Assembly: GCA_046563655.1 (NCBI GenBank)
Contig: CM102289.1
Coordinates: 7,068,001 to 7,132,000 of the forward strand
Length of the DNA stretch: 64,000 nucleotides
Reading direction: 5' to 3'
Source: Yuukianura sp. NJ FZ-2021
Taxonomy: Eukaryota
The notes below the pieces were generated by a model. The model worked only from the letters and a program-made list of their open reading frames with translations, did no database searches and was not told where the DNA came from. Of the stretch, positions 12,215 through 50,709 are shown piece after piece. Positions within the stretch are counted from its first letter, which is position 1; every line of letters starts with the position of its first letter. A program made the position numbers and the translations under genes.

Positions 12215-13139
12215 TTTTACAAGAGTTGATTGAATTCCATTTTTTGTAGCACCTAAAATATGTTAGGTGAGATAGGTCTACTGACAAGGAACAAAAAAAT
12301 AAGAATCTACTTTTTAAATATTGAAACAACCTTCCAAAAATAGGTAAATGTGTATTCAGAATTTGGATCGCTTTAATCACATAAAATTGCCTCAGAATGA
12401 CTTTGCATTGTGATTCCAGAAGAGTCGTAGCCATCAAAAATTATTAAAATTCGGCCATGCCTTACTTTTTGCCAAGGCTGAACGAGCACAACTGAATGCT
12501 ATTAAAACACTAGTCTTGACTGAAAAGCACTGTAAAAAGCAAGCACGGTTGGATTGTTAACCAATGTTAATTGTGTATTTTCGACACTAGCGAAGGGCTA
12601 AAAGATGTAAATGATACACTGATGGCTTAACCTAAACTACCAAAATGTTTTTGTTGCAGTGCATAACTAGTCGTGCGTAGTGTACCAAATTTTGTTAAGT
12701 CAATGTTAGAAGTAATAATCTGTACAGTCAAGTCAGAGAAAAAGTTAAGCAATTAGTGTCATTTTCTGGAATTTTTTTGAATTTTTAATTACGTAACTTT
12801 TGTGTGCATTCCAGTGACATTCAACTTGACGCTTTTAAACATCAACATTTCCAATGACTTTTTAGTGACGCGGAATAGAATGAAGTTGGGCTTTTAGATT
12901 CTTTAGTCATAAAAGTAGCCCAGACCTCAAAAATTGAAAAAGTTTACTGGAATAACAACCGCAAAAATATTGTCAACTGATTCGTCATGTTTCAGAAAAT
13001 ATTTTATAAGTCAATACGCTTGACCATTTTTACTTCCTTGTGTAAAACGGAAGACGGCTCAGGAATTTTGCAGCAAATTAAGACAACAGCCACTTTAACG
13101 AAACCAAAGTTTTAACTAGTGTGTCAGTGTTTGACAAAA

Positions 13140-15403
13140 ATGGAGTTTCTGGACCAATCAGATCACAGAACGTCCAAAATAATTCCAGGATGTGAAGCGT
13201 CCCTAATTGAAGGATTGCAGTACCGCAGAAATTCACGCAAATTAAGTTTGACTTTGATTCCTGATATTAAATCGGAGAAACTTCAGGAATCAAAAGACGA
13301 TCCGAATTTCGTTGAAGAATTGGTCCCATATGCTCCAGTAAAGTCTCCAAGCTGTGTTATGAAATTTGAAAAATCTCCAAAGTTCAAAATTTTGAAGTTG
13401 TAAAAAATTTTAGGATGGAGGGTACGGGTGGCTTATAGTTTTGGCGTCGTTTCTTTGCAATTTCGTACTGGACGGTATCAGTACCAGCCAAGCTGCGTTG
13501 ATGTCAGCAATTCGCGAAGCTTCTGGAGAAGTTGAGTCAGTAAATGCATCGTACAACGCAAGTGAAACAACTTCTTCGCCGGCATATGTGAGCTTGAACC
13601 TTGAAAATGTCAAAGGTAGGAAAAAATTAGCTTGGAAAGTTACACTAACAAATTTTTCTAAATAAAAATTTGTAGTTCATGTTTGGTTTTTGGTTTGATT
13701 GACAGAGCCAGAGCCAGAATATAACATTACGGTGGCTCAATACAATTTCGTTAATGCTCTTCTGCTTTGTGTTACGCTATCTGTCGGTAAGAATATAAAA
13801 CACGTCACTTATATGTTTTATTGGAATTGAAATTTAAAAGTTTCCAGAGCTTGGGATTTGAAAATTGCTGATGGTGCTTTTTTCAAAATCAGTGAAGGTG
13901 ATGAAGTAAAAAAAATAAAGAAACTTCGTTTGTATTTTTTAGGTCCTTTCGTTTCTTTGTTAACGGATAAATTTGGATTTCGCGCCGTGAGTATTTGTGG
14001 ATCGTTGCTTGCTGCCTTGGGCATATTCTTGTCATTTGCTGTGTCCCCCTACACACCAAATATTTGGGCATTCATCGTATTTTATGGAGTTTTGAGTGGA
14101 ATTGGATTTGGCATGATGTTTCAACCTTCTATTGTCATAGTTGGAATCTATTTTGAAAAGTGGCGCCCTCTTGCAACGGGAATTGCAATTGCAGGTACTG
14201 GGGCAGGCACTTTTGCTTTCCCGCCAGTTTTGGATGCAATTTCCGAAGTATGGGGATGGCAGGGAGCTTACATTTTTCAAGCAGGAATTACGCTTGTCTC
14301 TGCCTCGTTTGCTCTACTTTACTGCCCTCTACCTACTAAAGGTTTTTTATTTTTCAAAACTTCGAGCCCTAGAAAGTCAGAATTCGTTTTCTTGCGAGCT
14401 TAATTTGACTTTTTTTTTTGCAGTGGTGAAAGTCCATGTAAATTTGACCGAACGACGACCGACCTTACCGTCAATTGACGGAGTGCCTTCGGAACCACTC
14501 GGGTTGAAATCGATGTGGAAGGCAATGGGACCACTCTCGACTTCTCCGACGTTTTTGCTCATTTCAATTTCTGGAGCTATCACAATGCTTGGATTTTTTG
14601 CTCCCTATTATTTTCTAGCTGGTATACAAATACTTTTTTTTGTTAAAAATTGGTCTAAAACTTTACTTTCTAAACCAAAAGACTCGTTTTTCGGATAGAC
14701 ATGGCGGCAACCAAAAAAGAACTGGAAATTAAGCAATCCGCCGCGGCGTGGCTCGTAGCGTTTATTGGCATTGCAAATGCCGTAGGCCGATTGGTTTTTG
14801 GCCTCATCTGTACTCATCCCTGGGTCAACAGTCTGGTCATGAGCAACGGAGCATTGACAGTGGCTGGAATTGCGACTATTCTTGTCCCCTTTGCGAATGC
14901 TCATTGGCAATTGATTTTGTATGCAAACATCTTTGGATTTGGAATTGGTATTTTGAAACAAATTTTGAAAAATTACACATTCTTTATATTTTTTTCTCAA
15001 TTTGATTTTCTTTTCATATTTGCAGCAATTTTCGTTGTTCTTCGCTCAATTTTGGTTTTGAAGTTCATGACTATGGAAAAATTTAACAACGCTTTCGGTC
15101 TTTCTCTCTTGTTCATGGGAATTGGCACTCTACTGGGAAACACTACTGGCGGTAAGTCACCTATATTTTTTTTTGAGATTTCAAAAAATTTCGAAATTTC
15201 AAAAAAACAAAAATTTTTTTACAGGACTTTGGAAAGACTATACTGGAACCTATGATATTTCGTTTTATTCTGCTGGAGCATATTTGCTTGTGTCAGGCAT
15301 CATGTGCTACCCGCTACAACAAATTAGCAATTGGGAAAATCGGAGGAAAAATCCTGACTTAATGCATCAGACTAGTCAACATCGCAAGTCACTCGCTTTC
15401 TAA
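13140..15403 (+). CDS. Monocarboxylate transporter (SLC16/MCT, MFS), multi-exon
   Basis: Exons 1 and 2 splice (13337/13414) to give the MCT signature [18 protein letters not shown]. Also [48 protein letters not shown]. Confidence 0.92.
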
Positions 15404-18400
15404 TAAGAGACTTCATGCAAATCAATTTTAGTTTTAGTTGTTTAGATTTAATTAGAATTAAAATTTTCAAAAACTTAGAACTAAAACGTTTTCTTACACA
15501 AACAATAAACCTAATCTGCCTAACCTAACACTTGCAAAAGAAAAGAGGATTGACGTACAACTCACATAAAAATTTCGAAACAAAAGTTTCTCATCATCAT
15601 CAAAGTTCCGTTACTTTCAGTTAACTTTTATTCCAAGTAAAACTTTTGTGCAACTTTATGGATGAAGAAGATAAAGATGAAAAATTACTGTTCAAGTTTT
15701 AGCGCCCTTCCTCATCTCGCTTTAGCTCATGCTTAGCCAATAAATAGCCCTACTGACTCCTCCTCCACTATATCAAAATTTTGACATCACCTCTCTCGTC
15801 GTTCATCTGCTCTGATTTTCTAGGGAGAAAGTTGCGCCGCACGACTTTCTCCTGCGTCGTTTCAAATCTTGCTTAAACCCATTTTCTCGCCCTTTTGTTT
15901 CCTCCGTTTCTTGACAAAGGAAGATAACATCCCCTCCTCCGTTTTCTCTCTTAACAACACGAAAGGAATAAATGAGGATCTTCAGCCTCCCCCTCCTCAC
16001 TTTCACCCGCACGGCGGCAACTTTTGAAAAAAACATTTGTGATTTTATTCAGTTGGCAGCCGTTTTCTTTTCTCTCCCCTCCAAACTGCGGACGGATTCA
16101 AATGGGTTTTCCCGCGAGACTTTTCCTTTTTGAATCAGAAAGTCATTGTCGCTGAAATCGCTGGCCCCTCAGGGATACTTTAAGCTCAGAATAAAGTAGC
16201 CTTGGCTTTCTTGGTTGCGCAAAAGCAAGATTTCAACAGAAAGAGAGGGGGGGGAGGGGGAGAGATTTTTAGATTCCTCGCGGGAAACATTCAAAAATGC
16301 TAAACGGTTTCCTTTACGCTGCAATTTGCATCTTCTTTTCATTCTTGCTTACATTCTCCTTCCATCTTGCAGGCTATACAGCAGAGCGTTTTTTCAAAAT
16401 CTTAAAGAAAACATATTTTCAAAATTTTGAATATTTTGTAACATTGAATTTTCTTTTTGGTAGTTGACTTTTATTATGCCACAAAATGTAACAAATCACG
16501 GTGACACGCTGCAACTTTTTTAGGGTTTCGCATAGTTAGTTTTACAAAGTCCGAAAAGTATCAATTTACATGCAAGATCTTTGAGCCACGCGCCGAGAAA
16601 AAAAGAGTACGTCAGTTTGGCGGGAGTTTTTGAAATTTATTTCAAAACTTGTTGGACTTGTAAGTGGAAACATAAGTTATTAATCCAGTCAATGTAACCA
16701 AAGCTAGCTAGAGCACAGTTCCCGCGCTTACTTTTGAAAATCAAGGCTCGTCAATCATACCAACCAGCCTGACCTCAGCCCCCTTCCTTTCCGAAGTTCA
16801 AATGACACAAAAGGACTTTAACTGGAGTGTGTCCCTCAACGGCGCTTGATTTCAAACAGTTTGCATCATCCGTTACAGTAGTGTTACCAAATCAGTGTCC
16901 AGCACCCTTCGGAAACTAATCTTATCCCCACTAAATATGGTTATTCACAACCCTAACTTTTCAAAAAAAATGCGCCAAAGTCTCCCCTATTGTTATTACG
17001 GTTGGTCGTATCTCACTTCCACCAGGATAGCTTTCTACTTTCTCCCCTCTTTCAAATCTTTATAAATGACAGTATTTAGGAATCAGTGGACCCTCAAACC
17101 CCGCGCGCTTCTTTCAAATTTCCCTCTCGATTTCCTCTTTGCTACAATCAACAATTCACAGGAAATTGTAACGGAAATCAAAAAAGAGGTTTGAATAACC
17201 ATATTACACTAGAACCAAAAGCGTCATTCAAAGTTGATTCCAGGAAATAAGGAAATTCGAGACGACGAAGTTTCGTACGTCACAGACCGCAGAGACGCAC
17301 AATTCTAAAAAAAATCAAGTCGAAAAAAGTTTCCTCGATCAAAACAAAAAAAAAACTTCGAACGTACTTTCTTTTACCGCCAAATTCAGAAAATTCAAAA
17401 TCGTCATTTTTTTTTCTTTTTGAACTATACTGTTGCTGTGTTGTGTAGTTCAACTTTGGCAGTGTTGGCAGTTAAACAAATATCTCTTGGCGCGAAATTT
17501 CAAATCTGTGCGGTCTGTTTCTAAAACCACTTCAAAAATAATTAAACTTTTCAGCAGGACAAAATGGGCCATTTGGGACTTTGTGTAATGTTAAACGCAA
17601 AACTTTTTTTGGAAATTGTTTGATTGTTAATAGTACAAGTGGGGCCAAGGGTTTTCGGGTTGTGGCGGGTTTGTTCAAATTTGAAAATTAATGAATGGTG
17701 GTCCATTGTTTAGTTTCTCATCAACGAGGACCCGTGAGACAGTACTTGATTTTTATAAAGCTTTTCAGCAGTGGGTGGCCTTCAATGGTTTAGTTGGGGG
17801 TGGGGGTGAGGGGCATACGCAGTTTTCATCACTCCATTTTTTAGTGCTATTATGGTGAAATCCCTTGAGACTATTTGAATCCTGCCGCCCAAAGGTTGAT
17901 GACATGCGGGTCAACTCTTTCCTTTGTTCATAGCCTTTGGTTTCAACAAAACTTAAATAATTAATTCTAACTTCAATTAATCACTAGAATTTTCCATTGC
18001 CAAATTTGAATTATAATTAAAACTTTACGTAGGCGAATAATTGCAGTACAGGATACAAGTTGAATCAAATGAAACATCAAGTACATTGCGGACAATATTA
18101 ACCTCGATTCCAACATATGCCAAACCTCACCCACTTCAGCCTTGTACCAGCATAAAGTTAGCGTTAGTTAAAAACTTAACCTAACATAATGCTATGCAGC
18201 TAACCTAACTAATTAACTATCCCCACTTTAGCCGTCATTTAAATCTGAAGTGTTGACGGTTCTAACGTTACTTGTGATGGGTGCCAGTCAAAGGCAAAGT
18301 TAAGATTTTTGTCGGACATCATGAGAAAGATCTTGTGCGTTGCAGAACAATTGAAGTTGAACATTCCCGCCTGTTTCGACAAGACACAAGTCAGATGGAT

Positions 18401-21400
18401 GGTTTATCACTCTGCAGCATCTCAGTCCATCATGGTGGTGGACTTGTGTTAAGTCTTAGCACAATCTAATTATTTAGAATCTTAATTACTACGAAGAAGA
18501 AACGAAGGGAGTAGGAAAGAAGATTTCTATCTTCACAAGAGACTCATTTGTGCTAACAATCCCATTTTCACCCATTCACTCTTGCAGCAAAAACGGGTCA
18601 CAGGCACGACTCGAGGCTCCGCTTTTTAAAAACAGAAAAAAAAATTTAAAGACACGCAGGATCCTCTTCTTCATCTTTCCAGCTTTTGCAGATGACGATG
18701 ACAGAAGAAACTTTTTTCTAAAAAGTTTTTATCTTTAGAACAGTTTTCCATTTTCTATTGAAGAACTAAAAAGCAAGGGAAAAAGTAACGTTCGAAACTG
18801 CTCTGGAAAAAGGAAGCGTGTGGCGACAAACTTATTTGAACAAAAGAAACTTTCAAGATGGAGGAACCAGATTAGACCTGCCAAGGAGAGCGAAAACTCA
18901 AAAGCGCCAATCTTTGAAGTTTTTGGATTTGACAGTTGACAAAACTAACTGTGGAGGAGCACTCCACTTGAACTTGATTTTGTTTTGGAAATTTAAATTG
19001 AATGCAGTTGATGTGCAACTAACTGGAGAAAATAAAATTTGAATAGACTAATCGTTTGATTTTATTAAAACTCTGACAATAAAGATGAGCCTGATCCGAT
19101 TTGAATTGGATTTGGATGCAAGTGCATACGGAGCAGTTAGTTCAAAGAATAGGAAAACATTTTTTGATAGAGATCAAATTATGGAAATATGAAAGAACTT
19201 GATGACCTGGATTTGAAATGGATCTCACAGAAAGTAGAAATAGACTTTTTGAACAAGCGGATCCTCCAGAAAGAATCACGGCGCCCAAAGTTCCGTTTTG
19301 AACTGTCGTCTCGAGCGCCACGGTCCTCCAGCGACATTTGTATTGTAACTTGAGCTTTAAAAGAAGCGCCTTTGTCTGACAACTCTTCTTCACCCTTCAA
19401 ATCCAACATGATCCACAATTAACAAAAACACACACAGACATGCTTAGACAAGCTTAGCTGGTCAGAATCCTAAGCTGAACGTCACCTAAACATAACTTTT
19501 GAGCCTATCAACCTAACTTACCTTAACATAACAAACCTTGCGGTTCCAGGAAACTTATGCTGCGATCAATTTTGGCTTAATAAAAGGTCAAGGTCAACGA
19601 CTCTGTGTAAGGTCTAACTCGGAAGTAAATTCGAAGAAATTAAGTTTTTGCTCAAACCACATTTGGGCATCAGCGGGAATCTCAAATTTGAGCGAGATTT
19701 TTTTGAATATGGAGCAGTTGTGGTTTGGAAATGACAAATTGGGGTTGGGCAGATTTGAAATGAAGATCCAAATCTTGAGCAAAAACTGGGAAGGTGGGTA
19801 GTGTTGTGAAGTGTGGGCAATGATGCTTGAAATTTTCGGTGAGAACCCCGCCTACGTTTTTCAGTCAATGCCAATGTTAAGTTTTCCCTTTCTATTCAAA
19901 ACAAGGTTTGGAGACATTCTTGTTCAAAATTTGGAAAAAAAATGAAAAACTAACCAAAAACTTTGCTTACCCCTTCTCTTTTTTCTCCTGAATCAACAAA
20001 TTTCAACCCTGTCCTTGTCACAATTGACCCATTCAGCATCTGCCAAAAAATCACCCTCTGCAAACACCTCTTCAAGAAAAGTCCTTCCCATTCTGCCCAA
20101 TCTCTGAATCAATCTATATAGAAATTTGTTAAGGTTTAGGTTGGTTACCATAGTTAAAATATACACCATGGTCCACAATAACACGTTTCTCAGACATCGT
20201 AAGTCTCGCGTTCAGTGTTGTAGTGCCATCGTCAGAACTAATGTTAGGTTGAAAATGCTTTCTCCTCTCGTACAACTTTTGGAACACAGTGTACTTTTTC
20301 TTCAAATCACTTATCTTACATCAATCCCTATGTTGCCTCTGATATGCATCTCATCCTCGCACTCGAACCATCCTCATTGTTCTTCATGTTATGTCTCTAC
20401 TATGTTCCATACTGAAAAGGTTAAGGGCTCCTGCCTGGTCCATGGGAAGAACCAGAACACAAAAAGTTGACACTGTGTTTCATGTCTGGCACTCGTCCAA
20501 GGGCCCTCCTCAAATCTCTCTTTTTTGAACAGGGTTCGGCCTTTAAAAGAAAAAAGCTCCAGATTTGAAAAAGATAAGTCAGAATGGAAGTAAAAGTTTT
20601 TTTTTCTCTGGTAAGAAATGTATTGAATCAGAGCTACAATTGGAAATATTACAAATAGGGAAAAGATGCAAAGGCTGAAGGGAAATTATCACTCTCGATC
20701 TTACTCGCACTCTCCTGACGGATTTCAATCTCTGATTGGCTGATAGGATGGACGCTGGAGAAGATGAAGGGCTGGTACCGGAGCTTTTCAAAAAACGTGT
20801 GCTCTTGGTTTTGGTCTCCATCAATTCTATTATACTTCATTTCAGCTGCTTTACAAAACTATGGACTAGCTAAGATTGAAAGTGTTGATTACAAAGATGC
20901 TGAGGACGGCCAAAACAAAGCAGTTTTGTGGTGAGAAAAATTATTGAAACATGAATTCTGAATCTGGTCGACGGCTGAAACAGATTGCGGCCTTCGAAAG
21001 TGACAGGAGACCTTCAAGGGCTTTCATTTTTTGAAATAATTCATTACAAATTCATAAAAAATTACTCTTTTCTAAAAACAATTTCTGTAATTTTCGCCTC
21101 ATTTTTATATTTCTGTAAAAAAAAAAGAGGTTTCAATCATTGTGCTAATAACATTTTTCGTTTTCGTCATTTATGTAAACTAAGTTTTGCAAATTTTGCA
21201 AAATAGAAAATTTTTGTGTTTTTGCTTTTTGCAGTTGTCACAAAAAAAATTGAAGTAAAAGTGAAAAGTGAAAAATGACCTGACGGTTGCACTTACTTTT
21301 AAAATTTCCCTCCTGACAAGCGCCTAAAGTAACTCGAAGAGTGTCTTAATGCGTCTGACTGTCTACTCCGATCCTTTCTCAAAAAAGCTGTGTCCATTAG

Positions 21401-24400
21401 GCTCTAAAGCGGGAAGATTCAAAAGTTGTTGGACTGTGAGGTGGTTTAATGACAGGTAAGGGAACACTGTTAAATGGAAAATGTGGAGTAGGTGTGTCAA
21501 ATCCCAAGTCCAATTTGACAGTTTAGTCCAGTGCTCAGGAAGACAAGTACATAAAAAGATGTTTTAAAAAAAACCGCTCTGAATTCCATCATCATCATCC
21601 CTCCATGTCTCTGCTCTTATAAATTCCTAACTCACAAATAGAAAATCCATTAGGCTTTCAGTGCAGCTTTGTTACTTGCAGAGACTGTAAGACGACGCGC
21701 ATGGTTCTTTTGTATACTTTGATGGTGGTCACGAAGCCTAAAATTGGAGCTTTTTAAAACAGTTACAAAAAGTGTAATTTTGAAAAATTCAAAGTTGAAG
21801 TTCTTTTTCGAGAAATTTGTGATTTATAATGCGAGGAGTTTAAAAGAAATTTTACAGTAAACATACGAGCAATAAATTTGAGAGATAAAAAGTAAAATAA
21901 AGTCAGAACCGTTTTGTTGAGAAAATGAATTAAAAATTCCCTGTTTAGACTGAGAACTTTTTTGTGCGAAATTTTGAAAATGGTTTTGAAAGATGAGTTC
22001 CTGTTTGCCTTAATTAATTAGATTTATCCTCTCATTAAAACCCTGTTTCTCACCTCCCTCCGCTTTCTCATTCAAAGCTCAATGAGAAAAGTTTTAAAAT
22101 CTTGAAGACGGAATCTGACATTGTTAATTTCTAGTTTTGGTGTGAAAAGATTTTGATGATTGAAGGGAAGTTTAAGAATCATAGTAAAGATAATGAGGTC
22201 TATAAAATTGTAATTTTGATTATTGCACATGCTTTATGTGACGCAACTTAAAACTTGTTTTGTTCATGGGTAGTTTCAAATTTTTTGAAATTTTAAAAGC
22301 CTTAAAAACCAGTGCACCTAAGCACACAGTTGAATTGATTAAAGCGATGCTAATCAAGAAGATTTACAGATTGAAACATTTTCTGCCTAAAAACTCCAGG
22401 TTTGAGATTTCTCACAACTTTGGAACAAAAGCTTTTTAAGCTTAAAGTCTTTTCTGTGCTTCTCTTCAGTAAAATCTGTTATGTCAACATAGTGGGTACA
22501 AATTCTTAAGTTTTAAAAATTTTGAAAAGACAATTTTCCATCTTCCAATTTTCATGAATTGATTTATTGAACCTGAAATTGTCAAAACAGGGTCTTCCTT
22601 CAGTAAGAAAAGGTCAAAAACTTAAAACATTTTTGAAGTAGGTTTCAAGTTCAAGTTCTTCTGTCTTTCTCAAGAGGTTTGACAAATTTCTGTAGAGTGA
22701 TCTTCCTATTGTGATCCCTTCAAGGGCCCCCTGTCTTCTTCCAGATAGGTACGAAAGTGTCCTTAAATTTTTCTAGTCGATTAAATTCGAGGTGACTCGG
22801 ACTGTCGTTTGCTCAAAATAGGACCCAGATTATTCTGAAACACAAAAATAAAGTCCGTCTAGAACCAAATCCTCCATTATTCACTTTTTTGAAAATGGAA
22901 CTTGGCGCCTCTTCAAATTTTGAAGAATGGGGCGAAAAGTTTTTTAATAAATAAAAGAAATTGAAGGCGAACACGAAGATTTTAAAGCAGAAAGTACATC
23001 TTTCGTTTTGTTAAAAAGTGGAATAAAGGAAGGATTTGGAGATGGGGGACCCTTGGAAGGGGGGTACTTTGGGGACCCTTGGAGATAGTTTGTCTTTCTC
23101 TGGGGTTAATCTCATCATAAGATCTTCCAAGGAGACAAGGGACATCTTAAAGATTTTGGAGGATGAACAGCAGCATCTCTTTGGAGAGATGATGCGGGTT
23201 CTGGATCTAAATTTATTCATTCCGGCGCCAATCTTCAAAAAATGATGGATGGACGACGACAATTTCCAATGTACACATGAATTAATCATGTGGAAGTAAA
23301 AAGAGAACGTAGCTAAAGCCAACGAGTGATGACAAAAGCTGTACCCCCTTCGATGTGTATTTCGAAACAGTTGACATTTCCATCAATTTCTTTTTAACTG
23401 GAAAGATTATTCGTCTTGGGAGAAATGGAGCTCCATGCAGGAAGTGTCACAAGGTCACTCAACCTTACTTCGCTTGAAATCAGCCTTTAAAAGAAAATGT
23501 TGGTTGTAAATGTCAAAAAGTTGTCAAATTTTAAAATATACAAAACATCCTCATGTTTTGAAAACACAAACATGAAAAAAAAGTTTAACATTTGTGATTG
23601 TTCAGCATTTTTCATATGCAACAACAAACATTACAGATATCTCTGCGCAATTCTGAAATATTGTCGTCATTACATACGTAAAGTGATTTCAAAAAGCGTG
23701 CAAAGGTTAGTAAAAATTCAGCATAGGCTGTAAACTTATGTGCGAAATTTTAACAACTGCTGAAATTTGAACAATAAATTTTGAAACGCGCTTATTTTGT
23801 TTTACAATTGAGAAAAAAGTAAGAGATAGGAGCTGAGGGTAGTAAAAATGCGGAAAGTTTTTCCCGAGGGAAGCAGTATAATTTGAAGATTGCATTTTGG
23901 TTTTTGGCGGAGAATTGGATCTGTTCAAATGGTTTCTAACGGGATCTGCAGCTTCCCTGTCTCCCTCCAAGATCTCGAGTGAAGCTGAGGCTGTAGAGAT
24001 GTTCCCATTTCTAAAAATAAGCCTGGTTGTTCAGTGTGCTGCCATTGGATCTTATCTGGCCTGTGGCCACGCCTAGTCGGACTCCTAGAAATCTCCTCTT
24101 CCGCAGGGAAACGGCTCTGCATCTCTCCTCCTCCTGTTCACTTTCCCCGCAAAATTCAAACTTCCTTCTCTCCACAAACCAGGACTTTCTCTCCCGGCTC
24201 CCAGGAGAGCACCAGAGGCATTAGGCAGAGGCACGAGCTATGCAATGCAATTCATTCCTCAACCAAACAACTGCACCGGGAGCTACATTTCAGTCTTTAA
24301 AAATACAACTTTTCATGAACCGCGGAAAATGTTATGCAACCAGTACGGATAAATTAATTTCACTGATCGTGATAATCCGCGGTAAAGTTAATTCACGCTA

Positions 24401-26169
24401 CAGCGACTATGTTCTGCTAGGTAGAACAATTTTTTTAGTGAGCTGATATATTAAGGTACATATACGGATTTCAAACTATCACTCAACTTATGCATACAAC
24501 ATATACAAGTGATAAATATACATCGTTGCTATTATATTTATCCATGTAAGCACAGTGATCATGCTACTAATATATACATTGAAATATGCGATACATTATT
24601 TATGGTGTATGGTGTACTAAATAGAAGAGATAAAGTATAGGTTTATTGTATGTGAATATTAATGCACTCGGAATATATACTTCAGTTTAATTGAAAAAAT
24701 TTGGAGATATACCTTTCTTTATATAGTTATACACATTTGTAAACACAATTTCATGTGTTATTAGTTCTTAGTTTTGTTCGTTTGTCAACAGCTTTTGTGG
24801 TATTGTTAATGTTAGTCAGCTGAGTTAGTAACAAGCAATTTTCATTTGCGGACGGATGGAATTCGGGAATTGCATAACCCTTGACATTTGTTTAATCCGT
24901 GCGTTTCAATGAATCTTGTGGCTGCTGGTTAAATTGGACAAGAAGATGAAGATAGCGTCAGAGGAAAGGTTTTGAAGAGGGAAGCCAACAAGATCTTTAA
25001 ATCAGAAGCGTCCACAGGAGGGAAACTTAAACTGTTTTAATTAGAGGCGGAAGAAGAGGCCATGACGTCCATCTTGCACCTCTCATCTTATTTCTTCATC
25101 TTCATCTATGCTGGTTGACAATGACAATGACAGGAGCGACAGGGTGGCAGATATGATCAAGATCATCAGATTAATAAGGAAGGTGTCAAATTGCTTACCT
25201 TAGTCTTTTTCGCATTGCATGTCTCCTGGGCTTCCTTCTGTCAGTTCACATCGCATGTGGACTCCCAATACCCGTTACTTTTTCACCCCTCCAGCTCTCC
25301 TTGTCACGCAAACTTTTGGGATTCTACTTTCTAAAAACTGTCATTGAATAAGCTTTGCGCAGGTCCGATAAAGCAATGGCCGACGCCATTTTGAACAGCA
25401 TGAAAATAACACTTTTATTGATGCTTTTGCTGTTTTAAGCGTCACTGTAGCTCTTTTATGTCTTTTTGCAACTTCATCAAAATGTCAATAAACTTTAGGA
25501 GTTAGTTTGAGCTCACTTTGGTATTAAGAAAGTATTGATTACCAACTCGACAGTTTATCTAAAGCACTAAAACGTTGCTTTTCGCCCAAGAAGACATAAT
25601 TACCAATAATTTCGTTTTTGACAAGAAATTTGCTACAAGGAGAAAGTTCGCTTTCACCAAAACAGTTTTGGTGAAAAAGAAAATTCAAAAGCAACGTGAA
25701 ATTTTACAGAAAACAAGACGTTTTTGGAGAAAATTGGAAATTCGTTGCTTGTTTTGAGAAAAATGCCTCACAGAATATCTCAATCATTAATAAATTTAAA
25801 AACTCTTAATCGTTCAAAAAAAAAATTCCGGGTCAAAATCTTCGTGTTCTTAAAAATAGATATTTTCTAATCTTGTTGAATTTGTGTTTTGGATTTAATC
25901 TAAGCACGCAATCTGAAGGCAACTTTTTTGGTGCAAGCCAATGCATGTGGATTGCTCCAAGTCTCTTATTCTGTTTCAGTTTAAAACGTTGTTGTTTGGC
26001 ACTCGGAAATCTGTGGGATCAGTTGGAGATCTCTGTAAGCCCTCAACCGTTATCGTATCGTCGACTTGGTTCGCGTTCCAAAGTTCTGAAATCTCCTCCT
26101 ACAAGTTCTTTTGAGGTTGGACTTGGGCTTTCGACTCCGCATACGCCTCTCTACCCGCCACTAGCCTAG

Positions 26170-26307
26170 TCAGTCTTGCAAAGCTGGGCAGAGAGTGTGC
26201 TTCCCAAAAGCCCCACGAACAACAGTCTCAACCAGAACGATAACAGTCACCGTCTTATCTCCCAAACAGACACATCTTATCTACCCGCTCCACATTCTGC
26301 ACTATCA
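26170..26307 (+). promoter_or_regulatory. Putative core promoter/5' leader of the GATA gene: Inr-like TCAGTC plus four GATA sites
   Basis: TCAGTC at 26170-26175; CGATAA 26238-43, TTATCT 26255-60 and 26277-82, CTATCA 26302-07. About 350-480 bp upstream of the ATG at 26647. Confidence 0.45.
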
Positions 26308-26646
26308 CAACCATCTCATACCCACCCTCAAGGGCCCTCAAGTACCCACCGACAAACTGCGACAGCAAAGGAAACTCCTTTTTGCAAATTAGAAGCAAAG
26401 TCGCTGAATCCGGTTCCAAATCTGCCGAATTTTAGAAAATTTTAAGCAATTTTTGAAAACAACTGAAATTTGGAAGAGGTGAAAGTAGAAGTTGTGGATT
26501 TTGGAGCAATGAACTGCCTAATGTAAAAGTGAAAGTTTAGTTACATTTTCAAAATTTTGAAAAGTAGTACAGAAAATAAGCAGTGAAAGCTGTTTAAATC
26601 AAGTTTTTGAAAATTTCGAATGGAAATTCGAAACAATTTGGCAGAC

Positions 26647-50270
<23,624 letters not shown>

Positions 50271-50709
50271 AAAAATTCAAATCTCAACAGATACTCTTTT
50301 GGCTGCTGCGGTTCCACGGTGGTTGTGTATCCGTTGGTCCTTCGGCGGCTAAATTATACACATTCGTATAAGAACTTGTCAAAAGTTTGATGTTGAAAAA
50401 GCTTTTTCGTTTCCTGTTTAGCCTTAAGATTTTTGTAATTTCCCGTTCTCCCGCTACTATATTAATTTATGACTTATACCAACGTTACATTGAAAATAAA
50501 AAGAAATCGTCTGTGAAATTTACCACACGTTGTCAACGGCATCACCGAGAAATTTTTTTCAGAAAAGAAACGTTTTTAATCAAGCAGTTAAATTGAAGCT
50601 TAAATTTCAAAATTCTGGTCTCTTGATTTGAAATTTTATCGAAATCTGTTGAAGCAAAGTTGCAGAAAGGTTGACCGAAGTTGAAATCCAAAAATCAGAA
50701 ACTTTTTGT

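Noticed and set aside
17282..17518. 10-bp inverted repeat ACAGACCGCA/TGCGGTCTGT as MITE ends
   Set aside because: Too short, with no evident target-site duplication.
15500..26100. Many 60-115-aa ORFs upstream of the GATA gene
   Set aside because: Low-complexity K/F/L-rich translations with non-ATG starts and no domains or consistent exon chains.
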